Assembly: GCA_964370265.1 (NCBI GenBank)
Contig: CAYJIP010000001.1
Span: 130,828 to 194,827, forward strand
From: an uncultured Clostridium sp.
GTDB lineage: Bacteria; Bacillota; Clostridia; TANB77; CAG-508
Reading direction: 5' to 3'
Length of the DNA: 64,000 nucleotides
The position numbers and the translations under genes were made by a program. Under the pieces are notes generated by a model, which was given only the letters and a program-made list of their open reading frames with translations, ran no database searches and was not told where the DNA came from. Positions 53,128 to 61,600 of this stretch are shown here, one piece after another; the stretch's first letter is position 1, and each line of letters begins with the position of its first letter.

Positions 53128-55860
53128 TTGAGTAAATTAGTATTGATAGATGGTAATAGTATAATGAATAGAGCTTTTTATGGGATAATGGGAAGCAAAA
53201 TGCTAACAACAAAAGATGGGAAATATACAAATGCAGTATATGGTTTTCTGTCTATATTATTTAAACTTATAGAAGAAGAAAAACCAGAATACATGGTTGT
53301 TACTTTTGATTTAAAAGCGCCAACACATAGACATAAACTTTATGATGGGTATAAAGCAACAAGAAAAGGTATGCCAGATGAATTAAGAGAACAAATGCCA
53401 ATGATAAAAGATGTGTTAAGAGCAATGAATATAAAAATAATTGAAATGGAAGGTTATGAAGCAGATGATGTTATAGGAACATTATCATGTATAGGAGAAA
53501 AAAATGATTTAGATGTAGTGATTCTTTCAGGGGATAGAGATAATTTTCAATTATTAACAAATAGAGTTTCGATAAGAATTCCTAGAACTAAAATGGGAAA
53601 AACAGAAACAGAGATATATAATGCGGAAAGAATTAAAGAAGAATATGGTTTAACACCAAAACAATTAATAGATGTCAAAGGATTACAAGGTGATGCGTCA
53701 GACAACATACCTGGAGTACCTGGGATTGGTGAAAAGACAGCAATTACTTTGATACAAAAATATAATTCAATAGAAGAATTATATGAAAAAATAGAAAAAA
53801 ATGAAGATGACTTAAAAGGAAAACAAAAAGAAAAAATAGTTGAAAATAAGGAACTTGCTATTTTATCTAAAACATTAGGTACTATAGATATTCAGGCACC
53901 AATTGATCCAGAAATATCAGAATTAATTGTTGGGAAATGGGATGACGAAAAAGTATTAGAACTATTTAAAGAATTAAATTTCAAAAGATTTATAGAAAGA
54001 TTTTCTTTACTTACAGCTGGAAAAAATGTGGATAATGAAACAAAAAAAGAGTCAGAAGTACTATTTAATATACTTGAAAAAAGTAATGATGAAATATTAA
54101 AAATAATCAAAACACAAAGTCAGATAATATTTTATATAGAGACAGAAAAAGATGAAAATCAGGAAAAAATTTTAAAAGAAAAAGTTAAATCTTTAAATAT
54201 ATATAATCCAGAAAATAAAGAAAACTATTATATACAAATACAAAATGAAAATTTAGATATATTTAAAGAAATATTTGAAAATGAAAAAATAAGAAAAGTA
54301 AGTATTAGTTTTAGTAAAATATATATATTATTAAGACAATTAGGAATTGAAATTAAAGGATTAGAATTTGATGCTGAAATAGCAGCATACATATTAAATC
54401 CAACTGAAAGTAAATATCCAATTGAAAGATTAATGGAAAACTATTTAGGCATAGATATCAATGAACATATTGTAGAAGAAGAAAAAGTTAAACAAAAGCA
54501 AATAAATTTATTTGATCAATTAGCACCACAAGAAGAAGATGTAGAAGTAAGTGAAAATATAAAAAATAAATATGCAATATTCACATCATCTATTTTTAAA
54601 TTAAAAGAAGTTATGATGAAACAAATAGAAGAAATCAATGCAACAAAACTATTTAGAGAAATTGATATGCCGACTATAGAAGTACTTTCAGCTATGCAAT
54701 GGGAAGGGATATATGTTGATCAAGAAGAATTGAATAATTTTGGAAACGAATTAACAGGTAAAATTGATATATTAGTAAAAGAAATTCATGAAGCTGCTGG
54801 AGAAGAATTTAACATTAATTCTCCAAAACAATTAGGTGAAATATTATTTGAAAAAATGAAATTGCCTATTGTTAAAAAGAATAAGAGTGGATATTCAACA
54901 GATGTGGATGTTTTAGAAAAATTGAAAAATGAAGATCCAATAATTGAAAAATTACTAGAATATAGACAACTTGCAAAATTAAACTCTACATATGTTGAAG
55001 GGATAAAACAATATATAAATCCTAAAACAAAAAGAGTTCATTCGTTTTTTCATCAGACAATAACAGCAACAGGAAGAATAAGTTCAACAGAGCCAAATTT
55101 ACAAAATATACCTACTAGATTTGAATTAGGGAAAAGAGTTAGAAAAATATTTAAACCAGAAAATGGGAAAATATATTTGGATGCAGATTATTCTCAGATA
55201 GAATTAAGAGTATTAGCCCATATATCAGATGATGAGCATATGATAAATGCTTTTAAAAATAATGAAGATATTCATAAACAAGCAGCATCTAAAGTATTTA
55301 AAACACCATTAGATGAAGTTTCAAAAGAGCAAAGAAGTAATGCTAAAGCAGTTAATTTTGGTATTGTGTATGGAATAAGTGATTTTGGATTAGCAGAACA
55401 GTTAGGAATAAATAGAAAATTAGCTAAACAATATATTGAAGAATATCTAGAAGAATATATTGGGATAAAAACATTTATGAATGATATAATTGAAAAAGCA
55501 AAAGAAACAGGATATGTAGAAACCCTGTTTAATAGAAGAAGATATATACCAGAATTAAAATCAAACAATTATATGGTAAGACAATTTGGTGGAAGAGCAG
55601 CAATGAATACACCAATACAAGGTACAGCAGCAGATATTATGAAAATAGCAATGTTAAATGTTCATAGAGTACTAAAAGAAAAAAATATGAAATCAAAAAT
55701 TATTTTACAAGTACATGATGAAATGTTATTAGAAGTTATAGAAGAAGAAAAAGAAGATGTACAAAAAATTATTATAGAAAATATGGAAGCAGCAATAAAA
55801 TTAAATGTACCATTAATAGCAGAAATATCAGAAGCTAATAATTGGCATGAATGTAAATAG
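53128..55860 (+). CDS. polA: DNA polymerase I
   Basis: 910 aa with a TTG start after RBS aaggaga. 5' nuclease domain (LVLIDGNS, GDRDNFQL, GVPGIGEKTA) and pol motifs DYSQIELRVLAH, RSNAKAVNFGIVYG and QVHDE. Confidence 0.95.
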   Translation: MSKLVLIDGNSIMNRAFYGIMGSKMLTTKDGKYTNAVYGFLSILFKLIEEEKPEYMVVTFDLKAPTHRHKLYDGYKATRKGMPDELREQMPMIKDVLRAMNIKIIEMEGYEADDVIGTLSCIGEKNDLDVVILSGDRDNFQLLTNRVSIRIPRTKMGKTETEIYNAERIKEEYGLTPKQLIDVKGLQGDASDNIPGVPGIGEKTAITLIQKYNSIEELYEKIEKNEDDLKGKQKEKIVENKELAILSKTLGTIDIQAPIDPEISELIVGKWDDEKVLELFKELNFKRFIERFSLLTAGKNVDNETKKESEVLFNILEKSNDEILKIIKTQSQIIFYIETEKDENQEKILKEKVKSLNIYNPENKENYYIQIQNENLDIFKEIFENEKIRKVSISFSKIYILLRQLGIEIKGLEFDAEIAAYILNPTESKYPIERLMENYLGIDINEHIVEEEKVKQKQINLFDQLAPQEEDVEVSENIKNKYAIFTSSIFKLKEVMMKQIEEINATKLFREIDMPTIEVLSAMQWEGIYVDQEELNNFGNELTGKIDILVKEIHEAAGEEFNINSPKQLGEILFEKMKLPIVKKNKSGYSTDVDVLEKLKNEDPIIEKLLEYRQLAKLNSTYVEGIKQYINPKTKRVHSFFHQTITATGRISSTEPNLQNIPTRFELGKRVRKIFKPENGKIYLDADYSQIELRVLAHISDDEHMINAFKNNEDIHKQAASKVFKTPLDEVSKEQRSNAKAVNFGIVYGISDFGLAEQLGINRKLAKQYIEEYLEEYIGIKTFMNDIIEKAKETGYVETLFNRRRYIPELKSNNYMVRQFGGRAAMNTPIQGTAADIMKIAMLNVHRVLKEKNMKSKIILQVHDEMLLEVIEEEKEDVQKIIIENMEAAIKLNVPLIAEISEANNWHECK

Positions 55861-55890
55861 AGGGGAACAAAAGAGGAAGGAGCGGATTTT

Positions 55891-56451
55891 TTGAAACATA
55901 AAAAAATAGGCTTTACAATTATTACAGTAATTTTAATTTTATTTGTTTTAATAATGATATTTATAAAAGATATAATTAAATTAGCATATCCAAAGGAACA
56001 TACTCAGATAGTATTAGAATATTCTGAAAAATATAATGTTGAAGAAAATTTAGTTTACTCAATAATAAAAGTGGAGAGTAATTTTAATATTAATGCTGAA
56101 TCTAATAAACAGGCAATGGGATTGATGCAAATAGTTGACGACACGGCAGAAGATGTTGCTAATAAAAATAGTATAGAGTTAGATGTTAATGATATAAAAT
56201 CAGAATTAATGATTCCAGAAATTAATTTAGAAATAGGTATTGCATATATATCAGAATTAATAAAAAGGTATGGAAATATTGAAATTGCATTGGCATCATA
56301 TAATGCAGGGATAGGAACTGTTGATAATTGGATTTCAAGAGGAATTATACAAGCAGATGGTAGTGATACCCAAAATATTCCATACAATGAAACTGAAAAT
56401 TATGTAAGAAAAGTAATTAATACATACAAAATATATAATGAAATATATTAA
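55891..56451 (+). CDS. Lytic transglycosylase (SLT domain), membrane-anchored
   Basis: 186 aa with a TTG start and an N-terminal TM. VESNFNINAESNKQAMGLMQI and YNAG. Confidence 0.8.
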   Translation: MKHKKIGFTIITVILILFVLIMIFIKDIIKLAYPKEHTQIVLEYSEKYNVEENLVYSIIKVESNFNINAESNKQAMGLMQIVDDTAEDVANKNSIELDVNDIKSELMIPEINLEIGIAYISELIKRYGNIEIALASYNAGIGTVDNWISRGIIQADGSDTQNIPYNETENYVRKVINTYKIYNEIY

Positions 56452-56508
56452 TAAACTAGACAAAAAAATAAAATTGAAATAAAATGTAAAAAAATGAAGG
56501 AGATAAAA

Positions 56509-57798
56509 ATGATAATAGAACAATTATTTTTTATAGTTATTTCACTTGCTATATTTGTATATATGCTATTTAAAATGCTTAGGAAAAATGATACAGTATA
56601 TATAGTAATATTAGCGATGCAAGCTATAGGTATAGCAATTAATTTAATAGAAACAATTTTTTCATTGCAATTTCATATAGTAGTAATGATATTGGAATAT
56701 TTGTTAGCAATATTTATACCTGTTTTTGTTATAATATTAGAAAAAAAAGGTATTTCATTATCTGAAAAAATAAAAATATATTTAGCAGAAATTTATTTTA
56801 AAAATGAAAACACTAAAAAAGCAAAACAGATACTGTTAGATTTACTAGAAAAGCATCCAGAAAATTATATGGCACATAAATTATTAGCTGGTGTCTATGA
56901 AAAAGAAGGTGGAATGAGAAAAGCGATAGATGAATATGTAAAAGCGATAGACATAAACAAAAAAGATTATGATTCATACTTTACAGTTGCTAATCTTTTA
57001 ACACAACTAGATAAAAAAGAAGAAGCTGCAGAAATGTTATATAATTTATTAAATGTAAAACCAGATAAGTTAGAAGCAACAGAATTATTGGGAGAAATTT
57101 TAATAGAAAACGAAATGTATAAAGAAGCGGTGAATATATATCAAACCGCACTTAGATTTAATCCATTAAGTTATAATGTAAACTATAACTTAGGAATTGC
57201 ATATACGATGTTAAATGATTTTCAAAATGCAAAAGTATGTTATGAAAAAGCAGCAGAGATTAATGCGTTATCATTTATTTCAAAATATTCACTTGCAGAA
57301 ATAGCTCTAATAAATAAGGATTTAGAAGAAGCTGAAAGGAAATTTTTAGAAACTACAGATGATGAAGAATTATCACCACATGCATATTATGAATTAGCAA
57401 AAATATATTTAACAAAAAATGAAAAAGATATTGCAATACAATATGTAAATACAGCAATTGATTTAGATGCGAAAAGAATAGTTGAAAAAGTTAAGAAAGA
57501 TCCTTTATTTATACCAATTCTAGCAAGAATTTCAATACCATTTAACTTAGAAAATCATGATGAAGAACACTTAGATGAAAAAGAAGATAAAGAGGATAAA
57601 GAAGATAATATCAAGCAAGAAATTGGAGAGAAAGAAATTAAATTAATAGATCATTTAGAAGAAATGAGTGAAATAGCAAGAAATCTAAGTTATAACGACA
57701 TAATGTTATTAAGAAAGAATACTACAGAAGGAACTGAAGTAAAAGAGCAAGAAGAATTGCAAGAAGAAATTGATGAAAATATTAAAATTAGAGAATAA
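56509..57798 (+). CDS. TPR-repeat membrane protein
   Basis: Three N-terminal TM helices, then about 7 TPR-like repeats and an acidic tail. Start set at the second ATG, because the first ATG lies within the RBS gaaggag. Confidence 0.7.
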   Translation: MIIEQLFFIVISLAIFVYMLFKMLRKNDTVYIVILAMQAIGIAINLIETIFSLQFHIVVMILEYLLAIFIPVFVIILEKKGISLSEKIKIYLAEIYFKNENTKKAKQILLDLLEKHPENYMAHKLLAGVYEKEGGMRKAIDEYVKAIDINKKDYDSYFTVANLLTQLDKKEEAAEMLYNLLNVKPDKLEATELLGEILIENEMYKEAVNIYQTALRFNPLSYNVNYNLGIAYTMLNDFQNAKVCYEKAAEINALSFISKYSLAEIALINKDLEEAERKFLETTDDEELSPHAYYELAKIYLTKNEKDIAIQYVNTAIDLDAKRIVEKVKKDPLFIPILARISIPFNLENHDEEHLDEKEDKEDKEDNIKQEIGEKEIKLIDHLEEMSEIARNLSYNDIMLLRKNTTEGTEVKEQEELQEEIDENIKIRE

Positions 57799-57863
57799 CA
57801 AAAAATAAAGTGAGGTAATAAAATAAGAGTAAAAATATAAAATAATAAAATATAAAATAAAAA

Positions 57864-57907
57864 ATCACTAACCTTAATATAATTAAATATTAAGGAGTGA
57901 TTTTTTT
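57864..57907 (+). terminator. Intrinsic terminator hairpin whose 3' arm contains the SD of the next gene
   Basis: atcact(aa)ccttaatat aattaa atattaaggagtgat: 15 bp with a 2-nt bulge, followed by a T7 run that ends at the ATG (57908). SD aaggag is at 57892-57897, inside the stem. Confidence 0.6.
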
Positions 57908-59119
57908 ATGGAAGAAAATAATATGAAAGATTTACAAGAAAATATAGTATCAAATTTCGAAAAAGAAAAAATAGTTGAAGTGCTTGAAACAGTTGAAACA
58001 GTTGGAATTGAAAATGAAATAAACATAGGTATAATTGGAGGTGATAAAAGAAATATATATTTAGGAAAAATATTAGAAGAGTTAAATAACAAACAAAAAG
58101 AACAGTTTAGTGAAAATATTAAAAATAAAGGATTAAGAGCAGATATTAGAAATAAAAAATACAATATTAAATATTTTGGTTTTGAAAATACATCTGAAAT
58201 AGCAGTGGAAAAGAAAGAAAAAACAAAAATAGAACTGTTGGAAAAATTTATTCAAGAATCAGAAATATTAATAACAGGTATGCCTTTTTCAAAGGATAAA
58301 ATAAATATGAATTTATGTTATTCAGACGAAAAAATATTAGTTAGAGATTTTATTGATTATATAAAAGTGAATGAAGAAATAGATAATATAGATAGTGCAG
58401 ATAGCAGAGATAGTAGAGATAGTAGAGATAGTAGAGATAGTAGAGATAGTAGAGAAAATAATGAAATAATAAGAGAGAAGAAGATAATATCGTTAAATAT
58501 AAAAGAATATTTAGATATAGAGAATAAAAAAGATAGAAAAGAAAGAAATAAAGATGAAAGTAAAGAAAGTGGGATTGAAATATTTGATTTATCTAATAAT
58601 GAAGAATTTGCAGTATTGAATACAGTATCAACTGCAGAAGGTACAATTGCTGAAATAATAAAAAATACAGAAGAGAATATACAAGATAAAGATGTTTTAA
58701 TATTTGGTTTTGGAAGAATTAGTAAAGTTTTAGGGAATAAAATAAAAAACTTAGTTAGGAATGTATGTATTGTACCAAGTACTGATGAAGAAAGACAATG
58801 GATTCAAGCACTAGGATATGAATATATAGATTTCTCTAAAATAGAAAAAAGAATAGGTGAATTTAATGTAATTATAAATACAATACCAAAGAGAATATTA
58901 AGAACTAGAGAATTGTATAATATAAATTTAAATACAGTAATAATAGAATTAGCATCTGGTCAGGGGATTATGGATTATAAAGAATTAGATAGAATTAATA
59001 AAGAATATAAAGACAATAAAATTAAATTCATAAAAGCCAGTGGTTTACCAGGAAAATATTCACCTAAATACTCAGCAAAAATAATATATGATATTATATA
59101 TAAAAGTATAGAAATATAA
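57908..59119 (+). CDS. dpaA: Dipicolinate synthase subunit A (SpoVFA/DpaA)-like protein with large low-complexity insertions
   Basis: 403 aa. IGIIGGDKRNIYL, NTVSTAEGTIAEII, VLIFGFGRISK, INTIPKRIL, IIELASGQG and ASGLPGKYSPKYSAKII follow B. subtilis SpoVFA in order. About 100 extra residues, including (DSR)6. Confidence 0.6.
   Translation: MEENNMKDLQENIVSNFEKEKIVEVLETVETVGIENEINIGIIGGDKRNIYLGKILEELNNKQKEQFSENIKNKGLRADIRNKKYNIKYFGFENTSEIAVEKKEKTKIELLEKFIQESEILITGMPFSKDKINMNLCYSDEKILVRDFIDYIKVNEEIDNIDSADSRDSRDSRDSRDSRDSRENNEIIREKKIISLNIKEYLDIENKKDRKERNKDESKESGIEIFDLSNNEEFAVLNTVSTAEGTIAEIIKNTEENIQDKDVLIFGFGRISKVLGNKIKNLVRNVCIVPSTDEERQWIQALGYEYIDFSKIEKRIGEFNVIINTIPKRILRTRELYNINLNTVIIELASGQGIMDYKELDRINKEYKDNKIKFIKASGLPGKYSPKYSAKIIYDIIYKSIEI
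58391..58453. repeat. In-frame 9-bp tandem repeat (gatagtaga) x6 plus one degenerate copy, encoding DSA(DSR)6
   Basis: gatagtgca gatagcaga, then gatagtaga x5; counted base by base. Confidence 0.9.
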
Positions 59120-59130
59120 GATTTCAACAA

Positions 59131-59172
59131 ATATAAAATATTAAATATAAAATATTAAATACTAAAAAAATA
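59131..59172. repeat. 14-bp A/T tandem repeat (about 2.5 copies) in the 3' UTR
   Basis: atataaaatattaa at 59131 and 59145, then a degenerate copy. Confidence 0.6.
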
Positions 59173-59216
59173 AAATACCAACTTATTACTAGTGAATAAG
59201 TTGGTATTTATTTTTT
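59172..59216. terminator. Bidirectional intrinsic terminator (dpaA-like / ylbJ)
   Basis: aaataccaacttatt actagtg aataagttggtattt, flanked by an A-run and a T-run. Confidence 0.75.
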
Positions 59217-59245
59217 AATATATTTTAATTTCTATATAGTTGAAG

Positions 59246-60331
59246 TTATAAATCAAGATAGAAAAAAGGAATGAAATTAAGAAAAATGTATGTATAAATA
59301 CTTGCAAAAATACTATGAAGTAATTTCCCTATTATATATGGTTTTATAGATAAGTCAGTTTTAGAAGTAATGCTTAAAACTTGTAAAAAAATTGATAATC
59401 CACCTAATCCCAATAAAAAAGCAGTAATTATGATATTTATAGATAATTTTTTATTAGGTATATTTGAAATTAATTGTATACCATTTGTTATTTCGAATAA
59501 TCCAGTAATTATAGCAGATGTAAAATCTTCTTTTAAACCAATTATTTCAAACAATGATTTGAATATATATGTGAAAAAATCTAAAAAACCAGTTTGATTT
59601 AAGATGTTAATGATAATTGAAAATATAATAATAAATCCACCAATTAATAATATTGTAGAAATACCATTAGAAATACTTTCGGTTAAGATTGTGCCAAGAT
59701 CTTTAAAGTGTACATATTTGGGGTTGGAATAAGTTTCTTCAGGACTTCGGTGAGTTCTCCAAAATCGAAAAATAAAACCGGTTGTTAAACTACCCATAAG
59801 ATGAGTTAGAAATAGGAGAAAACCAATAGTGCTATTGCCAAACATTACTATACCAACAGTACCAATAATGAATAATGGGCCTGAATTATTTGTAAAACTA
59901 AGTAATCTTTCACAATCTTCTTTGGAGCAAATTTTATTTATTCTGAATTCACTTGCTATTTTTGCTCCAACCGGGTAACCACTAATTATACCCATGATTA
60001 AAGCAAATCCACCTTTTCCGTCTACATTGAATAAAAATTTCATTGGTTTGTCTAATAAATTTCCTAAATTAGAAGTTAAATTTGTATGCATTAGAAGTTC
60101 TGTTGCTATAAAAAAAGGAAGAAGAGCAGGTACAACAGATGTTATCCATAGATTGATTGCTTTAGTAACTACTGGAATATTACTTTGAGAAAATATGATT
60201 AGACACAGTGTAAATAAAAGAAAAAGAGCTGGTAAAATATGATTTTTTAAATGAACTATATAAAAGTTATTGTTGAATTTATTAGAAAAAGTAGTTTTTG
60301 AAACATTTCTTGAATACATGCTAATCTCCAA
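59246..60331 (-). CDS. ylbJ: Sporulation integral membrane protein YlbJ
   Basis: 361-aa polytopic protein. LWITSVVPALLPFFIATELL and GIISGYPVGAKIASE are typical of the YlbJ/nucleoside-recognition-like spore membrane family. Confidence 0.7.
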   Translation of the reverse strand: MEISMYSRNVSKTTFSNKFNNNFYIVHLKNHILPALFLLFTLCLIIFSQSNIPVVTKAINLWITSVVPALLPFFIATELLMHTNLTSNLGNLLDKPMKFLFNVDGKGGFALIMGIISGYPVGAKIASEFRINKICSKEDCERLLSFTNNSGPLFIIGTVGIVMFGNSTIGFLLFLTHLMGSLTTGFIFRFWRTHRSPEETYSNPKYVHFKDLGTILTESISNGISTILLIGGFIIIFSIIINILNQTGFLDFFTYIFKSLFEIIGLKEDFTSAIITGLFEITNGIQLISNIPNKKLSINIIITAFLLGLGGLSIFLQVLSITSKTDLSIKPYIIGKLLHSIFASIYTYIFLNFIPFFYLDL

Positions 60332-60362
60332 TCTATAATATAAATATATTATAAAAAATAAA

Positions 60363-60400
60363 AAATATGCTAAAAAATATGCTAAGAAATATGCTAAGAA
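60363..60400. repeat. 12-bp tandem repeat x3
   Basis: aaatatgctaaR repeated at 60363, 60375 and 60387, in the ylbJ/murB divergent spacer. Confidence 0.7.
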
Positions 60401-60621
60401 ATGTAATGAAAAAAAGAAAAAAACGAGGAGGATATATTAAGTTATATTTGAGTGAAATGAATAATATTATTTATAAATATTAGTATAAAAATATATTTTG
60501 TGGTATAATTGGAAAATATAAGAAATACTATGGTATCATGTTAGAAAACTTGTAATTTTGACAAAAAAATGATATAGTATGATAGAATTTGAAACTATAG
60601 AAAATAGAAGGAAGTGAATAA

Positions 60622-61569
60622 ATGCTACTAAAAGAAATAATAGAAAAAGCAGAGTTAGCTATAGAAGAAAGTAGAATTCTTTTTGATGAAGATATGAAAA
60701 AATATACGAGTTTTAAAATTGGTGGAAAAGCAGATTGTTTAATAAAAATTCAAACTGTTGAAGAGTTGAAATCAGTATTAAAGCTAGCAAATGATAAAAA
60801 AATTCAAACTACAATATTGGGTAATGGAAGTAATGTTTTAGTATTAGACAATGGAATAAGAGGTATAACAATATTAATTAAAATTGACTATATAGAGAAA
60901 CAAGAAATAATAAATAAAGATAAATTAATGAGTGATTCAAATAAACAAGTAATATTAAAAATAGGTGCAGGAACTAAAATGTCAACTGTTGGCCAATATT
61001 GCTTGAAAAATAATTTGGAAGGGTTTGAAGCTTTAGCTGGAATACCAGGAACAATAGGTGGTGCGATAAAAATGAATGCAGGTGCTTATGGAAGTGAAAT
61101 GGTAGATGTGGTTGAACGTGTTAAATGTCTGGATTACCTTGGTAATGAAATTGTTTTTGAAAAAAATAAATTGAATTTTGCGTATAGACAAAGTAGATTT
61201 AAAAATGAAAAATACATAATTATAGAAACGGAACTAATATTTTTATTAGGTGAATATGAAAAAATTAAATGTAAAATGGATGAATGTAGAGATTCTAGAA
61301 AAGAGAAACAACCCATAGAATATCCAAGTGCAGGTAGCACTTTCAAAAGAGGTAGTGATTACATTACAGCTAAATTAATCGATGAAGCAGGTTTGAAAGG
61401 AATGCAAATAGGTGGTGCACAAATATCTGAGAAACATGCAGGATTTATAATAAATAAAAACAATGCAAAAGCAGAAGATGTAATTGGATTAGTGGATTTA
61501 ACAAAAGAAAAAGTATATGAAAACACACATAAAAAAATTGAACTAGAAATTGAAATAATTGGAGAATAA
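60622..61569 (+). CDS. murB: UDP-N-acetylenolpyruvoylglucosamine reductase
   Basis: 315 aa. TSFKIGGKADCLI, LGNGSNVLV, GIPGTIGGAIKMNAGAYG, PSAGSTFKR and HAGFIIN. Confidence 0.93.
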   Translation: MLLKEIIEKAELAIEESRILFDEDMKKYTSFKIGGKADCLIKIQTVEELKSVLKLANDKKIQTTILGNGSNVLVLDNGIRGITILIKIDYIEKQEIINKDKLMSDSNKQVILKIGAGTKMSTVGQYCLKNNLEGFEALAGIPGTIGGAIKMNAGAYGSEMVDVVERVKCLDYLGNEIVFEKNKLNFAYRQSRFKNEKYIIIETELIFLLGEYEKIKCKMDECRDSRKEKQPIEYPSAGSTFKRGSDYITAKLIDEAGLKGMQIGGAQISEKHAGFIINKNNAKAEDVIGLVDLTKEKVYENTHKKIELEIEIIGE

Positions 61570-61600
61570 GTTGTTTGTAATATAGGAGGCAAAATAAGTT

